58,036 nucleotides of DNA from Flavobacteriales bacterium (GTDB lineage Bacteria > Bacteroidota > Bacteroidia > Flavobacteriales_F > PHOS-HE28), in assembly GCA_019638075.1 (NCBI GenBank), contig JAHBUM010000001.1, forward strand, positions 1-58,036, in the 5' to 3' direction. Numbering within the stretch: position 1 is the first letter of the stretch; every line of letters starts with the position of its first letter. This document shows positions 1-8,533 of the stretch, piece after piece. The position numbers and the translations under genes were made by a program. Under the pieces are notes generated by a model. It had not been told where the DNA came from. It worked only from the letters and a program-made list of their open reading frames with translations, and made no database searches.

Positions 1-240
1 GGTGCGCTCGATGAAGTACTGCTGCATCTCCGGGCTGATGAACTCGAAGAAATAGCGCGCATAGCCCAGCACCGGGAAGTTGCGCATGATGGTGTGGCGC
101 TCCTGCCGGATGTTCATGAAGCCCACGAACACCACGGGGATCAGCACCATGTACCACCACCACACGATGTGGTGCCAGTAGCCGATGAGGCCCACGAGGG
201 CGAGCAGGAAGAAGCTGATGCCGTAGAACCACTTGCGCAT
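1..240 (-). CDS. FMN-binding glutamate synthase family protein, N-terminal 80 codons only (gene runs off the left edge)
   Basis: Hand translation from ATG 240-238: MRKWFYGISFFLLALVGLIGYWHHIVWWWYMVLIPVVFVGFMNIRQERHTIMRNFPVLGYARYFFEFISPEMQQYFIERT. TM helices followed by the RNFPVLG..RY...I.PE.QQYF motif remembered for this family. No stop before position 1. Confidence 0.7.
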   Translation of the reverse strand, partial: MRKWFYGISFFLLALVGLIGYWHHIVWWWYMVLIPVVFVGFMNIRQERHTIMRNFPVLGYARYFFEFISPEMQQYFIERT

Positions 241-300
241 GACAGGATGATGGAGCCGCAAACATAGCCCCGCGCGAAGGGGTGGATGCAAGTATCCACC

Positions 301-864
301 TCACTGCTCCTCCGCGATCACCTCCGCCAACGCCCGCTCATGGAACTTCACGCTGAAGCCTGCATATCCCAGTCGCACATCCGCGTTGGTGGTTTTCCAA
401 GCACCGCTGTGGTCCCACGGCAGTGTGGGATACCGTGCTGCGAACACGCACGGATCTTCGCTCACGACGAACTCGGCATGCTCCCATCCTTCCGCATAAG
501 GGCTGCCGGGTTTGGGTGCGGGTAGTTCCACCACATCGATCGCGCGGCCTTGGAAGAGGATGGGCTTTCGCAGCAGGAAGGTAGCGATGGGCCGCCCGCC
601 GATGGTGTGTTCGCCAAGCAACGTGCCGTTCATGGCAAGATGGTCCTTCCACGCCGTATAGCGCTCCATCGTTCCCACGCGGTAGCAGAGGTGGTCCAGT
701 ACAAGGCCGTCAGTGGCGATGCGATCACGCTCGAGCGCTCCGAAGAGCCTTTGCAGGAAGGTCGACGCGTCAGGCAATTCCACGAGGGCGAAGATGGTGC
801 AGGAAGAACGGATCGACCTTGCCCTTGTCACGAGCGGGTCGGCCTTGTCATTGGCCTTGCGCAT
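301..864 (-). CDS. VOC-superfamily protein, YecM-like
   Basis: 187-aa ORF. DHLCYRV...GRPIATF...VVELPAPKPGSPYAEGWEHAEFVV...VKFH matches the E. coli YecM pattern (ADHISLRC..INGRPI..VELPWP..YPHEGWEHIE..IKFH). Confidence 0.8.
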   Translation of the reverse strand: MRKANDKADPLVTRARSIRSSCTIFALVELPDASTFLQRLFGALERDRIATDGLVLDHLCYRVGTMERYTAWKDHLAMNGTLLGEHTIGGRPIATFLLRKPILFQGRAIDVVELPAPKPGSPYAEGWEHAEFVVSEDPCVFAARYPTLPWDHSGAWKTTNADVRLGYAGFSVKFHERALAEVIAEEQ

Positions 865-888
865 CGCGGCATGCGCACACCGTTCGCG

Positions 889-1839
889 CTACTTCACGGT
901 CACCCGCTTCATCACCCGTCCGGCCTTGGCATGGATGCCGACAAGGTATTGGCCCGCTGCGAGCTGGCCCAGATCGAGCTGGTGGTTGGCTGCCGCGCTG
1001 CGCGGGCTATCGTCGATCAGCACGACCCGGCCGAGCGCGTTGATGACCTCGATGCGCCCGAAGGGTTCACCGGTACCGTTGCTGATGGTCACGATATGGT
1101 CGGCAGGGTTGGGCCACAGGCCGATCTTGGCGGCCATCTCTTCCCCGATGCCCGAGAGCGGATCCACGGTGAACTGGATCACCGGCCGCCGATCGTTCAC
1201 GCTGATGTTGTTGTCCGTGCTGGAGAGCGTGGCCGGGAGGGATGTGTTGCCGCTGGCGTAGATGCGGTCCACCACGGTAGTGTTCACCCACTCGAAGCTC
1301 CCGGTGGCGATGGGGGCGGGAGCGGCCGAGATGTCCCATTCCGTAAGGATCTCCAAAGAACCGCCGGTGTACATGAACGGGGCGGTGAGCGTGAAGTCGA
1401 TGTAGTTCGGGCTGGCCGTGGCGGGAATGGACTGTGCTGATTCGGTATAGACCTGCGCGGCTCCCGCGCTCAGGGCGGTCCATTCCACCGACGGTGCGGA
1501 GTACGCTGCGGCGCTGGAATTCTTCATGTAGATGCTGAAGACCGCCGGACCCGCTGCGGAGTGGGACGTGCTCTTCATCCAGCCGACGCCAAGGATCCGG
1601 TTGCCGGGAAGGATGCCGGCCGCAGCAAGTTCGTCCTGCGTGTACAGGTATGCGAAACGGCTGTACCGGTAGAAGAGGGTGGATGATACATAAACGGGAC
1701 CCACGGCGTAGAGCGGGTCGTTCGCCGCCCCGGTGTTGATCTCGATGGTCTGCTGCGCACGTGCTTGGAACGCATCAGCAGATAGGAGCGTGAGGAGGAA
1801 GAAGGTGGCGAGGCTGCGGCGGGGTACTGATGTGCTCAT
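889..1839 (-). CDS. secreted protein with T9SS type-A C-terminal sorting domain
   Basis: 316 aa. N-terminal signal peptide (FFLLTLLSADAFQARAQ). C-terminal roughly 80 aa LWPNPADHIVTISNG...LAAGQYLVGIHAKAGRVMKRVTVK is typical of Por_Secre_tail. Confidence 0.75.
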   Translation of the reverse strand: MSTSVPRRSLATFFLLTLLSADAFQARAQQTIEINTGAANDPLYAVGPVYVSSTLFYRYSRFAYLYTQDELAAAGILPGNRILGVGWMKSTSHSAAGPAVFSIYMKNSSAAAYSAPSVEWTALSAGAAQVYTESAQSIPATASPNYIDFTLTAPFMYTGGSLEILTEWDISAAPAPIATGSFEWVNTTVVDRIYASGNTSLPATLSSTDNNISVNDRRPVIQFTVDPLSGIGEEMAAKIGLWPNPADHIVTISNGTGEPFGRIEVINALGRVVLIDDSPRSAAANHQLDLGQLAAGQYLVGIHAKAGRVMKRVTVK

Positions 1840-1900
1840 GGTCCGGGAGAGGGGGTTGTGACCGATCCGTTCGGGCGCAGCGATCCGCCGCGCGTAGGAA

Positions 1901-1908
1901 CAAACCTA
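1901..1908 (-). promoter_or_regulatory. candidate Bacteroidota -7 box TAggTTTG upstream of the T9SS cargo gene
   Basis: Plus-strand caaaccta equals minus-strand TAGGTTTG, an exact match to TAnnTTTG, about 60 nt upstream of ATG 1839. Confidence 0.35.
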
Positions 1909-2021
1909 TGCGATCCCGGAATGATATGCACCTGAGCAGACCGATGTCCGATCAGCGGGCATTGATAACGACACAACGTAGGGGATCGACCCTTCAGCGC
2001 CTCTGCCCCACCCGGCGGGAA

Positions 2022-2909
2022 TTAACCTTTCAAGGCTTCGGCCCCGCCTACGATCTCAAGGATCTCGCCCGTAATAGCGGCCTGCCTTGCCTTGTTGTAG
2101 GACAGTTTCAACCCCTTCAGCAGGCTGTCGGCGTTGTCCGTGGCCTTGTGCATGGCGGTCATGCGGGCACCGTGCTCCGCAGCATTGCTGTCCAGCAGCG
2201 CCTTGTAGAGCTGGATCTTCAGGCTCTTCGGGATGATGTTCTCCACGATCTCCTCCCGGCTCGGCTCCATGATGTAGTCCACCTTGGAGGGAGCGGCTTT
2301 GGAGGAGGCCTCCGCTTTGGGCGGTGCCACGGGCAGATAGGGCTCCTCCACGAGGATCTGCACCGCAGCGTTCTTGAACTTGTTGTACACCAGCACGACC
2401 TGGTCGTAGGTGCCGTTGGCGAAGAGCTCCATGAGCAGCTCGGCCTTCGGAGCCACCTTGTCGAAGCTCAGGCCATCGTACAGGCTGGCACCATCCGTAG
2501 GTAGGTCGGCGTTGAAGTACTTCGTGCGGCGGTAGGTATCCAGCGCCTTCTTGCCGAGGGGCAGGATGTGAACGGTCTTGCCTTCGCTCTCCAACTGTGC
2601 AACTGTGCGGCGGATCTGGCGGAACACCTGCGTGTTGAAGGCGCCGGCCAGACCACGATTGCTCACGATGGCCACCATCAATACCTTTTTCACCTCGCGC
2701 TGCTGGCTGTACTTGCCTTCGCTGCTGTCCAGCGAAGCACTCACGTTGCTCAGGATCTGCTGCAGCTTCTCCGCGTAAGGACGCATACGCGTGATCGCAT
2801 CCTGGGCACGACGCAGCTTGGCCGCGCTCACCATCTTCATGGCTGCGGTGATCTGCTTGGTGCTGTTGACCGAGACGATCCGGTTGCGTACTTCCTTCAG
2901 GCTTGGCAT
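2022..2909 (-). CDS. atpG: F0F1 ATP synthase subunit gamma
   Basis: 295 aa. MPSLKEVRNRIVSVNSTKQITAAMKMVSAAKLRRAQ ... ITGEILEIVGGAEALKG are the canonical gamma termini. Lies in the atp operon. Confidence 0.97.
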   Translation of the reverse strand: MPSLKEVRNRIVSVNSTKQITAAMKMVSAAKLRRAQDAITRMRPYAEKLQQILSNVSASLDSSEGKYSQQREVKKVLMVAIVSNRGLAGAFNTQVFRQIRRTVAQLESEGKTVHILPLGKKALDTYRRTKYFNADLPTDGASLYDGLSFDKVAPKAELLMELFANGTYDQVVLVYNKFKNAAVQILVEEPYLPVAPPKAEASSKAAPSKVDYIMEPSREEIVENIIPKSLKIQLYKALLDSNAAEHGARMTAMHKATDNADSLLKGLKLSYNKARQAAITGEILEIVGGAEALKG

Positions 2910-2929
2910 CGGAGGAGGAGTCTAGTTGC

Positions 2930-2998
2930 GAGTAACGAGTGGCGAGTAGCGAGTGCTGCGACCATCAGGCAGCACTCGCTACTCGCCACTCGTTACTC
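2930..2998 (-). terminator. perfect 30-bp stem / 9-nt loop hairpin in the atpA-atpG spacer (attenuator or mRNA-stabiliser candidate, no U-tract)
   Basis: 2930-2959 gagtaacgagtggcgagtagcgagtgctgc is the exact reverse complement of 2969-2998. Checked base by base. Confidence 0.6.
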
Positions 2999-3010
2999 AT
3001 CACGCGCATT

Positions 3011-4591
3011 TTAGTTATCCAGGCTCTTCACCAGATCTGCGGCAACCTTCTCCAGCGTACTGGTGATCTGGTCGTTGTAATCACCCTTCTTCAACGCTTC
3101 CAGCACATCGTTGTGCTTGTTGCGCAGCATGGTGATGAACTCGGCTTCGAACTGCTTGATGTTCTTCACCGGCACCTTGCTCAGCAGGCCCTTGGTACCG
3201 CAGTAGATGATGGCGATCTGCTCTTCCACGCGCACCGGGCTGTTCTGCCCCTGCTTCAGGATCTCCACGTTGCGGGCGCCTTTATCCAACACCGCTTTCG
3301 TAGCAGCGTCGAGGTCGGAACCGAACTTCGAGAAGGCCTCCAATTCGCGATAAGCGGCCTGGTCAAGCTTCAGCGTACCGGCCACTTTCTTCATGGACTT
3401 GATCTGCGCGTTGCCACCTACGCGGCTCACGCTGATACCCACGTTGATGGCGGGGCGCACACCGCTGAGGAACAGGTTGCTCTCCAGGAAGATCTGTCCA
3501 TCGGTGATGGAGATCACGTTCGTGGGGATGTAGGCGGATACGTCACCGGCCTGCGTTTCGATGATCGGCAGGGCGGTCAAGGAACCACCACCTTTCACTT
3601 TGCCTTTCAGCGAAGCCGGCAGATCGTTCATCTGTTCAGCTACGCTTTGGTCGGCGGTCACTTTCGCGGCGCGCTCCAGCAGACGGCTGTGCAGGTAGAA
3701 CACGTCACCAGGATAAGCCTCACGTCCGGGAGGACGACGCAGCAGCAGCGACACTTCGCGGTAGGCCACGGCTTGCTTCGAGAGATCATCGTACACGATC
3801 AGTGCAGGACGACCGGTATCGCGGAAGTATTCGCCGATGGCGGCACCGGTGAACGGCGCGTAGAATTGCATCGGGGCAGGGTCGCTGGCGTTGGCGGCCA
3901 CCACCGTGGTGTAGGCCATGGCGCCTGCTTCCTCCAACACCTTCACCGTACCGGCCACCGTGGAGCCTTTCTGTCCGACGGCCACGTAGATGCAGTACAC
4001 CGGTTTGCCGGCGTCGAAGAATTCCTTCTGGTTGATGATCGTATCGATCGCCACCGTGCTCTTGCCGGTCTGGCGGTCACCGATGATCAATTCGCGCTGG
4101 CCACGGCCCACGGGGATCATGGCGTCGATGGCCTTGATACCCGTTTGCAGCGGCTCCTTCACAGGCTCACGGTAGATCACACCGGGGGCTTTGCGCTCGA
4201 TCGGCATCTCGAACAGCTCGCCGCTGATCGGGCCTTTCCCGTCGATGGGTTCGCCGAGGGTGTTCACCACACGGCCGACGATGCCTTCGCCGGTCTTGAT
4301 GCTCGCGATGCGCTTGGTACGCTTCACCGTGTCACCTTCCTTGATCCCCACGCTGGGGCCAAGCAGTACGGCACCCACGTTGTCCTCCTCCAAGTTCAGC
4401 ACGATGGCCTGCAGGCCGCTGTTGAACTCGATGAGCTCACCGCTCTGCACGCCCTTCAGGCCGTAGATGCGGGCGATGCCATCACCCACTTGCAGCACGG
4501 TACCGACCTCCTCGAGCTCGGCCTCGCTGCGGAAACCGGCGAGTTCTTGTTTCAGGATCGCCGATACTTCGGCGGGTTGCACTTGAGCCAT
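3011..4591 (-). CDS. atpA: F0F1 ATP synthase subunit alpha
   Basis: 526 aa. Walker A GDRQTGKS, ...[25 protein letters not shown]. Confidence 0.98.
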   Translation of the reverse strand: MAQVQPAEVSAILKQELAGFRSEAELEEVGTVLQVGDGIARIYGLKGVQSGELIEFNSGLQAIVLNLEEDNVGAVLLGPSVGIKEGDTVKRTKRIASIKTGEGIVGRVVNTLGEPIDGKGPISGELFEMPIERKAPGVIYREPVKEPLQTGIKAIDAMIPVGRGQRELIIGDRQTGKSTVAIDTIINQKEFFDAGKPVYCIYVAVGQKGSTVAGTVKVLEEAGAMAYTTVVAANASDPAPMQFYAPFTGAAIGEYFRDTGRPALIVYDDLSKQAVAYREVSLLLRRPPGREAYPGDVFYLHSRLLERAAKVTADQSVAEQMNDLPASLKGKVKGGGSLTALPIIETQAGDVSAYIPTNVISITDGQIFLESNLFLSGVRPAINVGISVSRVGGNAQIKSMKKVAGTLKLDQAAYRELEAFSKFGSDLDAATKAVLDKGARNVEILKQGQNSPVRVEEQIAIIYCGTKGLLSKVPVKNIKQFEAEFITMLRNKHNDVLEALKKGDYNDQITSTLEKVAADLVKSLDN

Positions 4592-4739
4592 TGCGTTGAC
4601 GCTGGAGCGTGGTTATGAGAGAGAGGTGAGAAGGGCGAATGAGGTAAGGGGGGTAATGGATGCAATGCGGGCAGGGGAGTGAACGTGCATGGGCACTTCT
4701 CTTACCGCCTTTACCATCCTCTCCATCTTCACCATGGTC

Positions 4740-5300
4740 TCAGATCTCGGGGATGTACGGGTTCTTGGAGAATTCGCGGCGCAGGTCGTTCAGGCGGCGG
4801 CTCACGCTACCGTCGTACTGTTCGTCGCCGATGCGGATCGTCACGCCGCCGATGAGGGCGGGGTCCACCTTCTCCACCAGTTCGATGGACTTGCCGGGGT
4901 GCTTGGCGGCGGCCAGTTCCTGGAACCGCTTGCGGGCGTCATCCGAGAGGGGCACGGCGCTGGTCACCTCGGCGGTGACGATGCCTTTGTGTTGCTTGTA
5001 GAGTTCGGTGAAGGCGGCGGCCACCTGGGGCAGCAGCGCTTCACGACCCTTGCGTACAAGGATGCCGATGAAGCGGTTGGTCATTTCGCCGATCCTTCCG
5101 GCGAACACTTGTTCCAACACCTTCTCCTTCTTGTCGGCCTTCACCACCGGGCTGTTCAGCAGCACCTGTAGCTCGCGGCTGCCCGCGCAGGTATTGGCCA
5201 CCAACGCCATGTCCTCGTGCACGGCCTCCACCACGGCTTTCTCCGTGGCGAGGTCCATCAACGAGCGGGCGTAGCGGTATGCGACCGGGGTGATGTTCAT
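4740..5300 (-). CDS. atpH: F0F1 ATP synthase subunit delta
   Basis: 186 aa. VAYRYARSLMDLA start and OSCP-like C-terminus (GGVTIRIGDEQYDGSV). Position between atpF and atpA, with ATGA overlap with atpF. Confidence 0.9.
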   Translation of the reverse strand: MNITPVAYRYARSLMDLATEKAVVEAVHEDMALVANTCAGSRELQVLLNSPVVKADKKEKVLEQVFAGRIGEMTNRFIGILVRKGREALLPQVAAAFTELYKQHKGIVTAEVTSAVPLSDDARKRFQELAAAKHPGKSIELVEKVDPALIGGVTIRIGDEQYDGSVSRRLNDLRREFSKNPYIPEI

Positions 5301-5794
5301 GACTTGCGCAGGTCGGCGTCGCTCATCACCTTATCCACCAGAGCCTTCTGGGCAGCGGCATCGCTGAGCTTCTCCTTCAGGATGCGCTCGGCCACCATGA
5401 CGCTCAGTTCGGCCACCTGGTTCTTCATCTCGGTGAGGGCGGCGTTCTTCTCGTTCCGGATCTCCTCACGGGCACGGGTCAGCATGGCATCACCTTCGGC
5501 CTTGGCCTTCGCCTTGGCTTCGCTGATCTCACGATCGCGGATGTCGCGGGCTTCCTTCAGCAACACCTCGCGCTCCTCGCGTGCAGCACGCATCAGGTCC
5601 TCGTTCTGCGACTTCAGCACGGCGAACTCGTCGCGCGCTTTCTTCGCTTCATTGAGGGCGTCCTCGATGGTACGCTCGCGTTCGCTCAGCACACCGAGGA
5701 TCGGCTTCCAAGCGAACTTCCCGAGGATGAACAACACCACCAGGAAGGAGACCGTCATCCAGAAGATGAGGCCGAAGGAGAATTCGATGAGCAT
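5297..5794 (-). CDS. atpF: F0F1 ATP synthase subunit b
   Basis: 165 aa. One N-terminal TM helix followed by a long charged coiled coil. Operon position. Confidence 0.9.
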   Translation of the reverse strand: MLIEFSFGLIFWMTVSFLVVLFILGKFAWKPILGVLSERERTIEDALNEAKKARDEFAVLKSQNEDLMRAAREEREVLLKEARDIRDREISEAKAKAKAEGDAMLTRAREEIRNEKNAALTEMKNQVAELSVMVAERILKEKLSDAAAQKALVDKVMSDADLRKS

Positions 5795-5842
5795 GGCTCA
5801 GACTGGGAAAAGGGTTATTGACCGTGACCGCCTCGCCGATGC

Positions 5843-6106
<264 letters not shown>

Positions 6107-6127
6107 TTAGCGTGTGTTGGAAGGTTC

Positions 6128-7285
6128 TCAGTGATGTTCGGCGTGTGCGCCCTCGATGGCCGAACCGAAGTACATGGCCGAAAGGAAGGTGAACACGAAG
6201 GCTTGGATGAAGGCCACGAGCAATTCCATCATGCTCATGAACACGGTGAAGACCAGTGAGAAGATCGATACGCCCCAGCCGAGTCCGGCGTGGATCTCCC
6301 CGAAGATGAAGATCAGTGCGAAGAAGCTTAGTACGATGATGTGACCTGCCGTGATGTTGGCGAACAGTCGGATCATCAGGATCGCCGGGCGCAAGAACAC
6401 ACCGAGGATCTCCACGGGGGTCAAAATGAACAACACCGGCTTGGGTACGCCTGGCATCGCCAGAATGTGGCCCCAGTAGTGGCGGTTACCGTTGATCAGC
6501 GTGATGATGAAAGTGATGGCCGCCAAGGCGAAGGTCACCGAGATGCTGCCGCTCACGTTGGCGCCGAAAGGGAAGATGGGGATCAGGCCCATCAGGTTAT
6601 TGATCAGGATGAAGAAGAACACCGTGAGCAGGTACGGCATGAAGCGCGCATAGCCAGGGCCGATGTTCGCCTTGGCCACATCGTCACGGACGAAGAGGAT
6701 GATCGGCTCGATGAAGCGGGCGATGCCCTTTGGAGCGCCCAGGCCATTGGTGCGGTAGTGCCTCGCCACGCTCAGGAACACCAGCAGCATGATGGTGATG
6801 CTCACCAACATACCCAGCACGTTCTTGGTGATGCTCACATCCCACGTGGCCTTGGTGAGGGCCTCGTCGATCGCGGCGTGGTGCGCGTCCGTGCCATCGG
6901 CTGCCGTAGTGGCCACCACCTTGCCCTCGTGCAGCATGTAGCCGCCGTAGGTCTTGTGGCCGTGGTCGAAGTGGCCGCTGCTGAAGCTGGTGAAGCCGCG
7001 TTCGGTGTTGTAGATGATGATGGGGAGGGGGAGCGTGGTGTGGCCCCAGAGGTGCCAGCCGTGCTCGTCGCCCACGTGGCCCATGATCATCTCGCCCGGG
7101 TTGAACTTGGTATGCCCCTCGGCATGGGTCGGATGCTCTTCGGCCACATCCTCCGCGTCGAGCTGGGCGTTCGAGACCGCAGCGTGGCTGCTGTCGTGGC
7201 CGGTGTGGGCGCCAGATTGCGCAGCGATCGCACCCACGAGGAGCGTGCTCAGGGTCAGGAAAGTAGCGCGGATCAAGGCTTTCAT
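6128..7285 (-). CDS. atpB: F0F1 ATP synthase subunit a with His-rich N-terminal extension
   Basis: C-terminal part ...LRPAILMIRLFANITAGHI... is the subunit-a signature. ATG 7285 (MKALIRATFLTLSTLLVGAIA) is preferred over the ORF-track start 7366. A His-rich N-terminal extension is, as I recall, usual for Bacteroidota subunit a. Confidence 0.9.
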   Translation of the reverse strand: MKALIRATFLTLSTLLVGAIAAQSGAHTGHDSSHAAVSNAQLDAEDVAEEHPTHAEGHTKFNPGEMIMGHVGDEHGWHLWGHTTLPLPIIIYNTERGFTSFSSGHFDHGHKTYGGYMLHEGKVVATTAADGTDAHHAAIDEALTKATWDVSITKNVLGMLVSITIMLLVFLSVARHYRTNGLGAPKGIARFIEPIILFVRDDVAKANIGPGYARFMPYLLTVFFFILINNLMGLIPIFPFGANVSGSISVTFALAAITFIITLINGNRHYWGHILAMPGVPKPVLFILTPVEILGVFLRPAILMIRLFANITAGHIIVLSFFALIFIFGEIHAGLGWGVSIFSLVFTVFMSMMELLVAFIQAFVFTFLSAMYFGSAIEGAHAEHH

Positions 7286-7323
7286 CACATTCGATGAGCG
7301 GGATACCCCCCTCAATTCGGCCG

Positions 7324-7331
7324 CAAAGGTA
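7324..7331 (-). promoter_or_regulatory. candidate -7 box TAccTTTG upstream of atpB
   Basis: Plus-strand caaaggta equals minus-strand TACCTTTG, about 40 nt upstream of ATG 7285. Confidence 0.4.
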
Positions 7332-7388
7332 GATGTTACGGTGTTACGAAAGTCACTGCACTGCACGGAAGATCAGGCTTGTCGGGGA

Positions 7389-7619
7389 TCACGGCTTCCG
7401 GGTGGCCCGGAACAGGTACGCCATGGCTCCCGCCACCCCGATCAGGGCCCCGGCGATGGTGCATACCGGCACCCGCCAGCCGGTGAACCCGTCCAGCCAC
7501 CGGCCCAGCAGGGTACACACGGTGACGCAGCCCGCCATGGTGAGGCCGATGCCCGAATACCGCATGTAGTCCTTGGTCCCCGAAGGGATCAGGGAGCGCC
7601 GGGTTTTCGGCGCCGTCAT
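7389..7619 (-). CDS. AtpZ/AtpI family small membrane protein
   Basis: 76 aa with two TM helices (YSGIGLTMAGCVTVCTLLGRWLD...AGALIGVAGAMAYLF), directly upstream of atpB. Confidence 0.7.
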   Translation of the reverse strand: MTAPKTRRSLIPSGTKDYMRYSGIGLTMAGCVTVCTLLGRWLDGFTGWRVPVCTIAGALIGVAGAMAYLFRATRKP

Positions 7620-7990
7620 GGGCGCGGTGGACTCATGGCCCGGAACTGCGTGGCCGTGTCGTACACCAAGAAGATGAGGTAGAGCCCGCCGAAGGTCAGG
7701 GCCATCACCAGCACCCGCTCACGTGGGGTGGCGAAGATCACCAGCACCAGCACCAGCAGGGAGACCATCATTTTCAGGGCCATCGCCATCATGGACGAGC
7801 GCACCGCCTGCTTGGGGTCGCGGGCCATGCCGTGCATGGCACGGCCACCGAGGCTCAACAAGGCGAAGAACACGATCAGCAGATAGGGCACTACACCGGC
7901 TCGTTCGCCGAGGAAGTGGAACACTGCGTACACGAGCACCGCGCAAAGCCCGGCAAGGACCAGCGGTCCCCGGATGGTGCTGAAGGACAT
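7616..7990 (-). CDS. hypothetical multi-pass membrane protein (atp-operon associated)
   Basis: 124 aa with about 4 hydrophobic helices. 4-nt overlap with the AtpZ-like gene. No family recognised. Confidence 0.5.
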   Translation of the reverse strand: MSFSTIRGPLVLAGLCAVLVYAVFHFLGERAGVVPYLLIVFFALLSLGGRAMHGMARDPKQAVRSSMMAMALKMMVSLLVLVLVIFATPRERVLVMALTFGGLYLIFLVYDTATQFRAMSPPRP

Positions 7991-8006
7991 GGTGCGGGTA
8001 CGACGC

Positions 8007-8471
8007 TTAGCGTGCGGCCTGTTGTTCCGGGCGTGCCACGGGGTTGTTGTCGGTGCGCAGGCGAACGGGGTCCATCTCCTTCACCACGCCGCCGCCCATG
8101 CTGCAATTGCCGGTGAACACGGCGCCCGGCTCTATGGCCAGCTTCTTCGTGTTGATGTCGCCCTGCAACTTGGCGGTGGCCTTCAGGCTCAACAGGTCCT
8201 GACAGTTCACCTTGCCGATCACCGTGCCTTCGATATCGCTGCTCTGGCACACGATCTCGCCTTCGATGGTGCCGGTCTGTCCCACGATCACGCGGCCGCG
8301 CGCATGCACCGTGCCCTTCACCTTCCCGTCGATGCGGATATTGCTGTCGCTGTTGATCTCCCCTACGATGGAGGTGCCCTCCATGATGCTGTTGATCTTG
8401 CCGGGGCTTACGGGTTCTGCGGTCTTGGTGCTCATGGGTGCGGGGTTCGCAGGTTTTTCGGAGCGGAACAT
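8007..8471 (-). CDS. bactofilin family (polymer-forming cytoskeletal) protein
   Basis: 154 aa. Repetitive beta-helix pattern IVGEINSDSNIRIDGKVKGTVHARGRVIVGQTGTIEGEIVCQSSDIEGTVIGKV...GDINTKKLAIEPGAVFTGNCSM. Confidence 0.85.
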   Translation of the reverse strand: MFRSEKPANPAPMSTKTAEPVSPGKINSIMEGTSIVGEINSDSNIRIDGKVKGTVHARGRVIVGQTGTIEGEIVCQSSDIEGTVIGKVNCQDLLSLKATAKLQGDINTKKLAIEPGAVFTGNCSMGGGVVKEMDPVRLRTDNNPVARPEQQAAR

Positions 8472-8506
8472 GGTCGTTCTGGTCGTTGGGGAGGAGCAGG
8501 TCGGGT

Positions 8507-8514
8507 CAAAGATA
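8507..8514 (-). promoter_or_regulatory. candidate -7 box TAtcTTTG upstream of the bactofilin gene
   Basis: Plus-strand caaagata equals minus-strand TATCTTTG, 36 nt upstream of ATG 8471. Confidence 0.4.
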
Positions 8515-8533
8515 GTCGCCTCGTCCGGTTATC

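Noticed and set aside
1984-1990. Isolated GATCGAC half-sites (also at 40521-40527, and inside the adhesin CDS at about 51016 and 54466)
   Set aside because: There is no partner GTCGATC at N9 spacing. The adhesin copies arise from the repeated D-Q-S-I-C codons. They are not counted as operator sites.
2939-4618. 559-aa plus-strand ORF
   Set aside because: It is antisense to atpA, whose translation is unmistakable. Its Arg/Ala/Gly/His/Val-rich composition is typical of stop-free antisense frames in GC-rich DNA.
6128-7366. Longer atpB model starting at 7366
   Set aside because: The extra 27 codons (MQCSDFRNTVTSTFAAELRGVSRSSNV) overlap the candidate -7 box at 7324-7331. The ATG at 7285 gives a signal/TM-like N-terminus.
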